Below, in pieces: positions 24,835-36,400 of a stretch of DNA of 64,000 nt. Positions within the stretch are counted from its first letter, which is position 1. Every line of letters starts with the position of its first letter. A model generated the notes under the pieces. That model searched no databases. It was not told the origin of the DNA and saw nothing but the letters and a program-made list of their open reading frames with translations. Source of the stretch: a virus; IMG/VR virus record IMGVR_UViG_3300023116_000009, positions 1 through 64,000 of that record. The stretch is one strand, 5' to 3'. A program made the translations under genes and the position numbers.

Positions 24835-27800
24835 TTAATTAGTTTGAACAGTCCAACCTTTTGAATTTAATTCTTGCTTAATAACAGCAGCTCCAGTTTG
24901 AGTGGTTATCGTGCCATTAACAGTTCTGTACACTTCTACTTTTAATGATGTTCCTGTAGTGGGTGCATACCCAGGTTGGAATTCAATTTCATCGTTAGCA
25001 TAATCTAATTGAACTGCAGCATTAGGAAGAAGAACTTCCGATCCATCAATAAACAATTTCGTATTATATATGGTTTCATTGGGTGCAGTACCCAATGTAT
25101 CATTTCTAATATCTGCCGTTGCTAATGGGAATACCAACTGAGGATTTAATGGATCTAATTGATTAACTGCAATAAGTTCCTCAGCAACTAAACTTGTGCT
25201 AGTTGTAGGGGTAACTACAGTATTGGAAGTTGGTGCTCCCATATTAGGACCAGTCAAGTTAATTAATACCCCACGTCTTGGAGCAAGATTATAATTTGCC
25301 AATAAATCTTCCAAGATAAGGTCAACGTTTTGTTGATTGAGATAATTGTTGGACAAATCGAGTGATCTTATCCTAGTAAGCGTTGTCAAACTTCCAGTAT
25401 TATATGCATTGATGTTATTACTATTTAATCCGATATATTGAATATTTGGTGCTGCAGCAGAGAAATCTGGAACTGCTCCAATAATTTGATTACTACCAGC
25501 ATAAAAATAATTCAGTGCTGGTAAGTTAACAAGATTACCAATACCAGTAATAATATTACTGCTTGCATAGAAGAATCTCAATCTATTCAAATTGACTAAT
25601 TGAATAGTTCCTTTAAATTTATTGTTACGAAGGTCTACACGATATAAATTGGTGTTGCCAGAGAATGAAGGGAATGGTGTACCATCAGCAAATGCATTGC
25701 CCCAACCAACTCCATTAGAATGCAATTCTTGCAAATTGGGAGCACCGCTGGTTGCAAAGAAAGCACCATTTAGATAATTACCATTAGTATCAATAAGAAG
25801 ATAATTTAGATTAGGGAGATTAAATGTGCCATCTTGGAATTCTGCCCCATTGTATGTTTGAGTTGCTGCATCCCAAGTGCCAATATTTCTACCAAGAACA
25901 TTACTAAAGATTCTAATTTGTGTTACCTTTTGGGCATCTTGGAAGGTATCATCCCACATAATATATCTTCTTCCATGTTCACCACCATTAAATGCAGCAC
26001 CTTGACCACCAGGACGACCACCTTCAATAGAAGTGTATCTAAAGTCAACTGTTCTAAGTTCAGTGTTACCAATAAACTTAGGAATCATTCCATCTAATCT
26101 TGAAGCATAAAAATTCAAACTTCTAAGATTGGAGCAGTTTGCTAAAGCATAGTCACTTAAACTTGATGGTGTGGTATTTTCCCATAGATGATTATTCTGT
26201 GCAATTGGTTGACCACCTGGAGCTAAATGATTAACAGTAGCACCTCTTGTTGGGAATCTAGTGTAATTGCAGTTTAAACTTTGAAGTCCAGTTTTATTTT
26301 GCAATCCACTTGGAATTGGCAATGAGGTATCATAAATTGAAATACTTTGAATAGAATTCATTAACGAAAAATCAATTCCAGTTGAAGTAAGTGCTTCATT
26401 TTCACCAACTTGGAAGTTTGTAAGAGGTGACGGATCACTTCCCAATCCACCAGTTGTTGATGGATTTTCCCAAATTGGATTCAATTTAGTAAAGTAACAA
26501 TCATAGATGTTAATTGATCTCAATTCCTTCAAGTTAACTCTTGGAGTAATCTCTTGATTGACTACGTAATTGTAGAAATCATTATTATATACATCAACAT
26601 ACTTTGAAGCAGTAGTTCTATAAATTCTTCTGTTTCCCAAGTTCTGCATGTTTAAATCTCTCAATCTTGGGCATCTTGTATATAAGTCCAACACCTCAAC
26701 TTGGTTCTGATGATTAGCAATAGATGAAATGGGAGTAGTAGAACCCGCACCAACTCTTTGAGGTTCTTTAATGTAAATATAACGAACGGTGGTATTGTTC
26801 TTTGTGTATGTCTCCTTATCAAAGTAAATTCCTTTGATATCTACAGATACTGCAGGAGAACCAATGTCAAAGGTAAATGTTTGCTTCTCTTCTGTATCAA
26901 GTAAAACCGCATTATATTCGTTTAAAGTTACTTTAAGGACAAGATACTCATCAGCGTTCAAGAATGTGCTGTGCTGTGTGTAACACCCACGAATGTTTAA
27001 ATTATACAATGACGTGGGAAATTTAGTCATTGCATAACTACCAAAGAATCTTTCGTCTTCTACTGAGTTTTGGTAGATTAAATTATTTTGTACGTTTACA
27101 GTCCTCAATGTAGAATTGAAATCTGTGATCGCTGTCTTATCATTATTATAAGATGGTGTATATGTAATATCACACCAATTTGGCATCTCAGTCAAGATAT
27201 TATTAATTAACTGAAACTGAGTTACATTAGGATACTTGACATTAGGAAATACTGCGAGGTTTGCATTATTTGCAACAAGTGTTGTAATATTTTTGGGTGG
27301 GAAGTATACCCTTAACTGCCTCTCTTTAAATGTAGATGAGTTAAATCTAATTCTTGAAAGATTACTGCCGATGATACTTGGTCTACTAACAATCTCTGCT
27401 CCTGTGTCAGTATCTGTAAAAGTATAAATTGGAGTTTTGTTAACACCGTCAACATTGTATGCATTATGGTAGAAATCCATCTGCAAACTTTTGAACGCCA
27501 TTGTAAAGATCTGTGGGATTCCACGCATTGCATACACATATGCGTCTTGTCCGTTTAAATTAATTTTGATAGTTTCAGTTGGAACTTCGGTGTCAAATCT
27601 TACTGGTTCTGGAGTATCTAATACCTTCAAAATAGTTTCATTACTTCCAACAGTATAAGTACTGCTCGTTCCCAATCTAAGGGCACCCTTCAATTGTACA
27701 GATGCACCATAAGAAATTGCTTCGGTTGGATTTGCTTCAGAACCTCCACTCCATGCACTAACGCGAGATGTTGAAATATCACCATACTTAAGATCAGTTT

Positions 27801-28158
27801 TTGCAACATTTGTACCTTTATCATTTGGTACAAATTTAAACCTTACAGCACCGCCAGAAACAGCACCATATGCTTCAAGATTACCCCTCATGGGTTGTGC
27901 ATAACCAGAGGAGAGTCCAATTAAATTAGAGTATTGTCCAACGTCTGCCTTCAAACGATCAATGTATCTGGTCAGATTGACATCTAAACCAGATACTTGC
28001 TGCAAATCAATCCTATCCAAATTACCACCGATACCTTGAATAACTTCAAGATCTCTGATGTCTAATCCTAAATTATTTAACGCAGTATTTCTTGATTGAA
28101 TATCAGAGAAATTGAATGCTACTTTTAGACCAAAAAGTACTGGATTGGTAATTGCCAT
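24835..28158 (-). CDS. Virion structural protein with leucine-rich repeats
   Basis: 1107 aa; LRSLNFYASRLDGMIP, LYRVDLRNNKFKGTI, LNYFYAGSNQIIGAVP and IRSLDLSNNYL. Confidence 0.8.
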   Translation of the reverse strand: MAITNPVLFGLKVAFNFSDIQSRNTALNNLGLDIRDLEVIQGIGGNLDRIDLQQVSGLDVNLTRYIDRLKADVGQYSNLIGLSSGYAQPMRGNLEAYGAVSGGAVRFKFVPNDKGTNVAKTDLKYGDISTSRVSAWSGGSEANPTEAISYGASVQLKGALRLGTSSTYTVGSNETILKVLDTPEPVRFDTEVPTETIKINLNGQDAYVYAMRGIPQIFTMAFKSLQMDFYHNAYNVDGVNKTPIYTFTDTDTGAEIVSRPSIIGSNLSRIRFNSSTFKERQLRVYFPPKNITTLVANNANLAVFPNVKYPNVTQFQLINNILTEMPNWCDITYTPSYNNDKTAITDFNSTLRTVNVQNNLIYQNSVEDERFFGSYAMTKFPTSLYNLNIRGCYTQHSTFLNADEYLVLKVTLNEYNAVLLDTEEKQTFTFDIGSPAVSVDIKGIYFDKETYTKNNTTVRYIYIKEPQRVGAGSTTPISSIANHQNQVEVLDLYTRCPRLRDLNMQNLGNRRIYRTTASKYVDVYNNDFYNYVVNQEITPRVNLKELRSINIYDCYFTKLNPIWENPSTTGGLGSDPSPLTNFQVGENEALTSTGIDFSLMNSIQSISIYDTSLPIPSGLQNKTGLQSLNCNYTRFPTRGATVNHLAPGGQPIAQNNHLWENTTPSSLSDYALANCSNLRSLNFYASRLDGMIPKFIGNTELRTVDFRYTSIEGGRPGGQGAAFNGGEHGRRYIMWDDTFQDAQKVTQIRIFSNVLGRNIGTWDAATQTYNGAEFQDGTFNLPNLNYLLIDTNGNYLNGAFFATSGAPNLQELHSNGVGWGNAFADGTPFPSFSGNTNLYRVDLRNNKFKGTIQLVNLNRLRFFYASSNIITGIGNLVNLPALNYFYAGSNQIIGAVPDFSAAAPNIQYIGLNSNNINAYNTGSLTTLTRIRSLDLSNNYLNQQNVDLILEDLLANYNLAPRRGVLINLTGPNMGAPTSNTVVTPTTSTSLVAEELIAVNQLDPLNPQLVFPLATADIRNDTLGTAPNETIYNTKLFIDGSEVLLPNAAVQLDYANDEIEFQPGYAPTTGTSLKVEVYRTVNGTITTQTGAAVIKQELNSKGWTVQTN

Positions 28159-28161
28159 TTG

Positions 28162-31100
28162 TTATAATTGCTCTACATACGTAATGTTGATTTCGATATC
28201 TACCGCAGTGTTTCCAATTGCTCTTCCAACAATAAACACTGCTTCGGTATTTACTACGTCAGGAGTGAGAACCTTTCGATCAAAACCAAAGACATCTTCT
28301 AAATCAAAATATTTTGTCTCGTTATTAATATATAGTGTCGTAAGTCGATCGCCTGGTCTCAATATACCTTCACCTTGGGTATCAATTGTAGCAGAAGACA
28401 ATCTACTGACCTGTTGGAATGCAGCAGGTACAACATCATCATTTGGAATGATAGAACTTTGAACGGTGTCTCCGACACCATTTACATCAATTTGTCCCGT
28501 TCTTAAATTATCTTCAAGTCCATAAGTTGTCCTGTCTACACCCTCAAATAAACCACTTTGAGGGTTAATAACCTGATTGAAGTTTCTCTTCCACTGAGGA
28601 TTCTGTGTTGAGAGGTTTCCAAGTTCATCAATATCGTGTAATTCAGCACTTCGTATTCTTGCATTATCTCTCATTTTAACAAATGCATACAGAGGGAAAG
28701 CATCAAAGTCAAACACTGCTTGGTTATTTCCACCACCACTGTATGATCCAGGAGTATTATATTTGTCCTGTTCGCTATTGCCACCGTCATCAGTTCCACT
28801 GAACCATGCCTTCATTTCAACTCCATTATATGCAATATTAAATCCACCTGCAGGAATTAAAGAATTTCCATTTTCATCTACTGACCCTGCAACATCAACA
28901 TCAGTTGTAAGATCATTATCTTTAATAGGAATAATATTATATCTTACAGTTTCTTGGTTGATAGTGACTTCATATGTCTTTTCTTCCCCAGCAAATCTAG
29001 CAATTTTAGGAGTAGTGCTTACAATTCCACCCTGACCATCACTTTCATAGAAGAATTTAATATAAGACAGTGTATTTGGTGGATTATAAGCAATCTGACC
29101 ACCAAATGGACTTCCACTAGCACCATAAATCTTGACATTACCAGTTTTTCTCAAGAAATATTGAGCAGAGTTTTTATATGCATTCATGGCAGCAACTCTT
29201 TCTTGTTGAGTATCTCCCTCAAAAGATCCCTCTAAGAAGTCACCAATACCAATAGAAGTCAACTGACTTGCATCAATCTGTTCTACAAAAGTGGTGGTAG
29301 TTTCTTGCTTCTCTAATCTTGTAGTTGCACACCTACCACTAGAACTTCCTCTTGGAGTATTGATTCTGAAATCTTCCGTAAATGGAGCAATTCTTCCATA
29401 CCAATCTTCCCCATCTTCAAATCCAGTGTAACTATATGAAGTTCCATATGGATGTAGCTCTAGAGATACACTTTTATCAGCAGGGATAAACTTAACTAAC
29501 TTCTGATATGAATTGAAAGCACCAGTATCAGTGTTAAGTTCATAAGAAACCTCAGTTAAATCTTGATCGGATTGAGTTTTCCAACTCAACAATTCACCTG
29601 TTGCTTGATCAAAAATTGGTCTATATGGAGTAAATCCAATCTCCCATTCAGAAACACTTCCAGTAGAATTGCGTGTATAATTTTCTAACCATTTAAGAAC
29701 CCCAGTTGGTCCAGACAATGGCGTTGGACTTACTACCATTGTTGACTTTTGATCAAATAGTGCATCAAATGTTTCAGTATTGGGATCACCAAAGAAATCT
29801 GCAGGAACTGCAGGGTCATCTCCAATTGGATTTGTGTTAAGAACAATTCTAGCAGGATCTAATTGTCTCTCCTCATCAAGATCCCACCTTTTGCCAATAA
29901 CATATCCTAAAAGATTTGCTGTTGTTGGCATTACTCCAACAAAATCAGCGCCAACATCTCCAATATAAGTATTCCACAATCTGGTAGTACTGACCTTAGT
30001 ATAAACATCAGTAAGATCCAAATCAAATAATTTTCTCTTCTCTTCAGTAAGTACAAAACAAGGTTGAACTGTAATAGTTTCACCAGACAATCTAATGTCT
30101 GCAACTATAGAAAATTCAGAAACATCAATAAGACCAAAAGAATATGCACCAACAGCAGTTAAAGTGTATTGGAAATTAGATCCTCCACCACTACCTAAAT
30201 CAGAGTCAGCAGCAGTAAGTTGATCACCAACAGTATAATTAGATCCTTTCAAAGTTGTAGTAACTTCGGTCACTACTCCATTTTGAGCAACAATATTAAT
30301 TACTGCAGCGGTGGTGCCAGCATTGGAAGCAACGTTCATTGTGACATCACCTGTAGAATTTCCACTTCCACCCCTCAAAATAGTGTAAGTCAAGATTCCA
30401 CCAGTACCATCTACACTATCAACTCTAATCTGAATTCCTCCAGAAGCACTAAATACAAGTTCATTCACAACATAAGCATCACCAGCAGTTGTTACGGGTG
30501 TTACACCTTGAGATGTTGCAACACCATCTTCTACTACAATGTCTGCTGTCAAGTAATCACCAGTTCCTCCGCTGAGAGCAACATCCTGATATGTTCCTGC
30601 AGCGTATCCAGTGCCTTTATTTGTAATGTCGCCAACATTTCCCCTGTATTTCTTATTAACAATGTGTCCAGAATTTAGTAATGGATTGCCATTAGCATCA
30701 TCAAATGCATTAACATAATCTCCATTCCTAATATAAGTATGATTCGTGGAGGGAATAACTATTGTATATCCATTGTCCTCCACATCAAGAACATCGATAT
30801 CAATTGGAGCAAGAGTTAAAGTTGTTGAAATTTCATCAAGTGGTAACTTTTTAAATTTCCTATTTACATTATGATTGCCATTGTAAACATCTGGCATATA
30901 AATGTAAGCAGATCCTTTACATGCAACGCATTTTGTAAAGTTAATCTCTGCCATTGCATTTGTTTCACCTGGAGTTACTCCAGTTGCAGTAATCGATAAT
31001 GCTTTGGGAATAATAATCTTCTTGTTAGGAATTGATACATTGTTACCCTGGGCATCAGTGCCACCACTAACAATATTTGTTTTAGGATAAAGACCAAAAA

Positions 31101-33411
31101 TAGAAACATAGTTTCCTCCACCCGCTTGGAATGGAAGATTCTTTGGTTCAGAAGTTTGAGAATAAACACTAACTGTTCCTTCATCACCACCATCAATGTA
31201 CATTGAAGTACCATACTTATAAAGAACTTGTGGTTCCACAATACGTGGTGCCTGTGCAGCACCAATTCTCATCTCATACTTAAACCTGTAGAAAGGATCA
31301 CCCATCGAGGGTTCCTGTAGTTTGTTCTCAATAACAAATGTATGAACAACTACCCAACGTGCTTTTCCATTTTCGACAGGAATATATGCATACAATCTTA
31401 AACCAATAGCACCATACCAACCAAATTCAATCTTGTACATGGTGATTTCATCTGTGGTTAACAGATACCCACTCGGACCATTACCATTTAAACTATCTCC
31501 ATTAAACTTCTCTTTTGGAAGAGAAATTTCCTGAACAGAATAAACCTTATCAGCAATGGTTTTATCATAGTATTTTACTAATGAGATATCTTCGTTACCA
31601 TCTTGATCAGCAACACCGAGTTCTTGTAGTGAAGACAATGGAAGATGTACGGTAGATCTCCTGACAATATAAAAATTGGCACCATCTCTTCTAAATACAT
31701 ACTCATCAAAGTCATTAAAAATACCCCATTCTGCAAAGTTACCAGCAGTATCCTTTGCCATGGTTGCTCTAGTGCCAAAGGTATATCCACTAATACGCCC
31801 TGGTTGATACCTAAATGCTTGTCTGGACTGCAGTAAAGCATACTGACCACCAACTGGACTGTATCCTGGGACAAAATCACTCGCTACAGGAACTCCACCA
31901 GCGTTAGCAGAAATAAAAGGTTTGTTTAACCACTCTTCTCTGTAAGGGTTTAAATACGTTTCTGGACTTGATGCACCTTCGTTTGGAGTACCTGTAGCAA
32001 TAGCACCCGCATCTATTGTAGTATCCGTTCCAGTTCCCCTTAACGTCAGTGCTAAATCAAATATAAATCCAAATCCAATTCTCTCATTTGTGACTGGTTC
32101 ATAGATTTCTCCTTCACCAGAGTTAATTAATCTCCAGGTATCTGTCCAGATTGAGATCTGACGATAGTACTGAGTTGTACTACCACCAAAGTATTGATTG
32201 CTGTAGAATGTAGCATCATCCCAAATATTAATTGCTGGTAAGAACCTTGTAATGAAATAATTATATTTCTGATAAGCAATTGGACTATTAATTGAAAGAT
32301 CTCTTAAGTTTCTAAAATACTCATAGAGTGCTTTACCCAACTTCAACCAATTCTGCCACCTAATCCACCTTTCCTCACTAAACAGACCATTAACATTATT
32401 ACCATCTGCATCTAATACTTGAGACAGTGGTGGATATGGGAAAGTATATGGTACAGGGAAGGAACTAATTCTCAATGCACCTTCATTACCAACTTCTTCA
32501 ATTCGAGATTGATAATGTGGTCCTTCCCTCTCAGTTTCTCTCTGAGTCCAAACGATAGGACCAATGTTGTTGTTATCAGTATAATATACAAATTCATCTG
32601 GATTAAGACCGTAAGTAGATACGTTAGAGAACAGTCCTAATTGTGTCTCAGCACGATCGATGCCCAGCAGTGTAGAACTAACTTCAGATGTTGATGGAAA
32701 TACTTCTTCAATTTTAACTACTCCACTTCTAGTCAAAGTCAGTTTCTTTCTAATCAAAGAAACTGGTGGAGTGTCAGTTTTTAAAATTGTATTTAATGGA
32801 TCCTTATTTAAAATGAATTTTAAAAGTAGATTACCATTAGCGTCAATACTTTCTTGAATCTCATTAATCGTAAAAGTTTCATACTCTCTACCATCAAATG
32901 CATTTGATTGAATAAGAGTACGTGGGTCTCCGTCATCATAAAGATCTCGGAAAATAGAAGCGCCAGTTGCCATTTCAATGGTATCTTTAGGCGCAATATA
33001 CTTGTATCCCCCTTGAGGATTAGTGATCTCAACATAAGGAGGAATGTCACCTCCAGTTTCGGGATCTGCTCCTGGTTGGCGGCGTCTTACTTCAAATTCA
33101 TCCCCAAATAAAACAAAGTCAAGAACTTGCTTTTCTTCTGGAATAGTTGGGAGGACAACTCCTAACGCTTTGTCTGAAGTTAATTCACTAGTAACAAATC
33201 CATCAATCAAAGACACTAAGGGATCACCAGAGGAATCTGTCAACGGAGTTCCTTCAATATCTTGAAGGATCACATACAGATCTCTGGTTGCCGCTGCTCT
33301 AAATTGATACCCGATCTTGGTATCGAAAGAACTACCACTCAGGGTGGTGATGTCGTTAGGATCGGGTGGATAATAAAATGAAGAAAACGACGGTGTTGAT
33401 GTGACTGCCAT
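28162..33411 (-). CDS. Large virion structural or fibre protein
   Basis: 1749 aa; cyanophage fibre G-rich repeats (GTGYAAGTYQDVALSGGTG) and an FRYQPGR domain shared with the next gene. Confidence 0.75.
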   Translation of the reverse strand: MAVTSTPSFSSFYYPPDPNDITTLSGSSFDTKIGYQFRAAATRDLYVILQDIEGTPLTDSSGDPLVSLIDGFVTSELTSDKALGVVLPTIPEEKQVLDFVLFGDEFEVRRRQPGADPETGGDIPPYVEITNPQGGYKYIAPKDTIEMATGASIFRDLYDDGDPRTLIQSNAFDGREYETFTINEIQESIDANGNLLLKFILNKDPLNTILKTDTPPVSLIRKKLTLTRSGVVKIEEVFPSTSEVSSTLLGIDRAETQLGLFSNVSTYGLNPDEFVYYTDNNNIGPIVWTQRETEREGPHYQSRIEEVGNEGALRISSFPVPYTFPYPPLSQVLDADGNNVNGLFSEERWIRWQNWLKLGKALYEYFRNLRDLSINSPIAYQKYNYFITRFLPAINIWDDATFYSNQYFGGSTTQYYRQISIWTDTWRLINSGEGEIYEPVTNERIGFGFIFDLALTLRGTGTDTTIDAGAIATGTPNEGASSPETYLNPYREEWLNKPFISANAGGVPVASDFVPGYSPVGGQYALLQSRQAFRYQPGRISGYTFGTRATMAKDTAGNFAEWGIFNDFDEYVFRRDGANFYIVRRSTVHLPLSSLQELGVADQDGNEDISLVKYYDKTIADKVYSVQEISLPKEKFNGDSLNGNGPSGYLLTTDEITMYKIEFGWYGAIGLRLYAYIPVENGKARWVVVHTFVIENKLQEPSMGDPFYRFKYEMRIGAAQAPRIVEPQVLYKYGTSMYIDGGDEGTVSVYSQTSEPKNLPFQAGGGNYVSIFGLYPKTNIVSGGTDAQGNNVSIPNKKIIIPKALSITATGVTPGETNAMAEINFTKCVACKGSAYIYMPDVYNGNHNVNRKFKKLPLDEISTTLTLAPIDIDVLDVEDNGYTIVIPSTNHTYIRNGDYVNAFDDANGNPLLNSGHIVNKKYRGNVGDITNKGTGYAAGTYQDVALSGGTGDYLTADIVVEDGVATSQGVTPVTTAGDAYVVNELVFSASGGIQIRVDSVDGTGGILTYTILRGGSGNSTGDVTMNVASNAGTTAAVINIVAQNGVVTEVTTTLKGSNYTVGDQLTAADSDLGSGGGSNFQYTLTAVGAYSFGLIDVSEFSIVADIRLSGETITVQPCFVLTEEKRKLFDLDLTDVYTKVSTTRLWNTYIGDVGADFVGVMPTTANLLGYVIGKRWDLDEERQLDPARIVLNTNPIGDDPAVPADFFGDPNTETFDALFDQKSTMVVSPTPLSGPTGVLKWLENYTRNSTGSVSEWEIGFTPYRPIFDQATGELLSWKTQSDQDLTEVSYELNTDTGAFNSYQKLVKFIPADKSVSLELHPYGTSYSYTGFEDGEDWYGRIAPFTEDFRINTPRGSSSGRCATTRLEKQETTTTFVEQIDASQLTSIGIGDFLEGSFEGDTQQERVAAMNAYKNSAQYFLRKTGNVKIYGASGSPFGGQIAYNPPNTLSYIKFFYESDGQGGIVSTTPKIARFAGEEKTYEVTINQETVRYNIIPIKDNDLTTDVDVAGSVDENGNSLIPAGGFNIAYNGVEMKAWFSGTDDGGNSEQDKYNTPGSYSGGGNNQAVFDFDAFPLYAFVKMRDNARIRSAELHDIDELGNLSTQNPQWKRNFNQVINPQSGLFEGVDRTTYGLEDNLRTGQIDVNGVGDTVQSSIIPNDDVVPAAFQQVSRLSSATIDTQGEGILRPGDRLTTLYINNETKYFDLEDVFGFDRKVLTPDVVNTEAVFIVGRAIGNTAVDIEINITYVEQL

Positions 33412-33414
33412 TTA

Positions 33415-36400
33415 TTATTGTTCCTCCCACGTAATAGCGGCGTTAATTTCCGTTTCAGCAGCACTGCTGTCATATAATCTATTTACACTACCAACAATAA
33501 AGAGATTTTCGATCTCATCCGTGAGTGGGAATGAGAGATAATCTTTGTTGTAGTCGAAGAACTGCTGTAATGGGAACTGTTCGCCACTATTAGATGGAGT
33601 GAACAATGTCGTAATGACTTGACCTGTGCCTGGAATTGGTGTTCTCTGCTCATCAGAGACCGCAATAGCGGACAATGAAGTGAGAGGATCTGATGTTGGA
33701 TTAACTGCCGATCCATCCAGACCATTTGCTGCAGGGTTTGGTTCTCTGAACTCACCTGCTCTCAGGAAATCACCAAAGATAACGATGTTTGAACTATACT
33801 TCTGATATGAACTAAAGAGGTAAGTACCACTTGCATTTCTTTGAAGAAGACCAAAAATAGTAAATACGTTACCATTATCACCTTCATAGTATCCTCTGAA
33901 ATATCCATAGGTAGAGGTAAGGTTCTCTAAGTATGGTTTTGATGTTCCAGGGATTCTAGCACCTTCAAGAGCAGTTGGTCTACCAATTGAACCAATGGTT
34001 AACCCATCACCATTAGTGTAATCCGTTCTCATGTTACCCTTATTTCCACCAACAGTTGCAGTGGAATCTGCCTGAGTACCATCCTTAGTTTGGAATACAG
34101 GTGTCTTAATCAGTTTAATAGTAGCAGGTTGGTTAGAGTTACCAATAGACAATCTTGTGGGATATACCTGAATTCTATTTCTAACACCATTAACCTTATC
34201 TCTACAATTTAAACCAACTAAGATATTTGGACGATCCAGAACTAAGAAGAAATCACCAGATTGAGCACCACTAATTGGTTTGCTCAGATAAATTTTAGTA
34301 CCACTGACCCAAGATACCTTTACATTTGGTTCTCTATTAGGTGTAACTAAAGTTGCACCAATGTAGAATGTAGGATCTGTTACCGTAGGACCATTAGTAT
34401 TAGTTGCTCCAGCAAGGTCAAGATATGGATATGGATCAGAATTATCGGAAATATCTCCATAGTTATTTCCAGCAGTAATGTTAAATCTCAATCTTGAACC
34501 ATATACCTCAGAGGATACTGGCGTTGCATAGTTAAACAAACGAACTGTACCACGGTCACCACCATCAATGTAGTATGAAGCACCATACTTAACAAGGAAT
34601 TCAGAGTAAGAGTTAGAGTAACCAACTGTGTTGTCAGTTCTTCTATCGTTCTTATAACCATATGAGAACTCAGTACCACCACCATAGACGTAATAAGTAA
34701 TTGGAAGAGTTGGATTACCCAGAGATGCAACCTTCAACTGGTTCGATGCTCTGAGGTGGTGTACACGTACCCAGCGTGCCTCTCCAGAGTCCAGAGGGAC
34801 GTATGCAAGGAAGAGAGCACCAACAGCGCCGTACCATGAGAATTCAATCTTATACATGGTAACGTTCTCAGGATTCAAGTTCCAACTGGATGCTCTTGTT
34901 AAGTCGGCACCTGTTGTCTCATCTCTAACAGTTTGTCCTGGGAAGTTTTGAGAACCTTGTGAGTATACAACGTCAGAGTAAAGAACATCAGTACCAAGTG
35001 CTTCAGTACCCTCGGCAAGACCATGGACTTTCTCTCCAGAGAATCTTGAGCGAGGAACTCTATACTCATAGACACCCCAGTGTGCTGGTTTTACATGATT
35101 ATATACCCACTCTTTAAGAAGTTTCTTATTAACATCATCAATATCATTTTTAATTGATGTTGCGTTTGCTGCAGTATTTAAGGATATGTCTGTTGTAACA
35201 AATCCAACCTTGTCATCAATAGCAGTACCATAACTGTACCTGTATGGGAAACAACCGTAGGGATTGAGACCTGTTACTGCTTGAGGATCTGCATTTTCTA
35301 CAGTACCTCTGTATGCAAAGTTAGTGGTATTTGGTAATACAAATGGTGCAGGAGTTACAACATAAGGAGTATTCTTTTTAAATGCAATACAGTTACTATC
35401 AGATCTTACAAATCTGTGAGTGCTAGTATCAGTAGAAGGAACTGTTGCCAAAACTTGAACTGTAAAAGATGTAGCATCAACTACAGTAATTGGAACCCAC
35501 TTGCCACTGATTGGGTCAGGTGCTCTTGTGTTTGCAGTATTGTTTCCATTGGGGTCAGGAGTACCATCAAGATTCTCATTAAATGATCTTGGATACCTGT
35601 GCTCTGTAGCATGAGAATCTTGATTACAAGTAAAGATTAATGAATAATCATCAATCTTGATAAGATCACCAGTTTCCAAATTATGGGCACTATCAAAATT
35701 GATAGTCATCAAACCTGTGGTTGGATTATAAACAATACCACCATCAGTACCATCACCAGTGCCAGCAGTTTGATTTGGGGTTAGTTTATAATTAATCTCT
35801 GCATCAGTATTAATAACAATTGGAGTGATTTGGTTAGTGTCGTAGATTTGAGCACTACCGAGAGAAAATACGTTAGAATCACCCGCTGCTGCCCTTGTTA
35901 GTTCAACACGTGAACCACGAATTCCATCAACATAATAAATACCACCATCAACAATAGAATCTTGAATTGTACTACCAACTCCCAAATCATTGAATACAGT
36001 TCCATCATTTTGCTTCTTATTCTTGTAAATGTATACTCCAGACCCCTTTCTAAGACCTAAACTTACACATCTACCAGTAAATTGAGTATGAGTATGAAGA
36101 ATTGTAGATGTCTTCAGCGTAAACTGGAAAGTATTGCTGGTAACGTTTTCAATTGGGAAAGTATCTTCATCATCTTTAGCAGGGTAAATCTTTGGTTGAG
36201 GATTGTATGAACAATTAGTTTCAATACCCTCAAGATGAATCATATCGCCTGCAACAATATTGTTGGATGCAGTTGTTTCAATAAAGGCATAACCAAAGTC
36301 AGCACTAGCTTGATCTACAATATAGTTAAAATCGGTGATGGTATATGAATCTCCAGATGAGGTTGCTGGGATCGTCTGAGACCATTTTCCGAGGGTTCCA

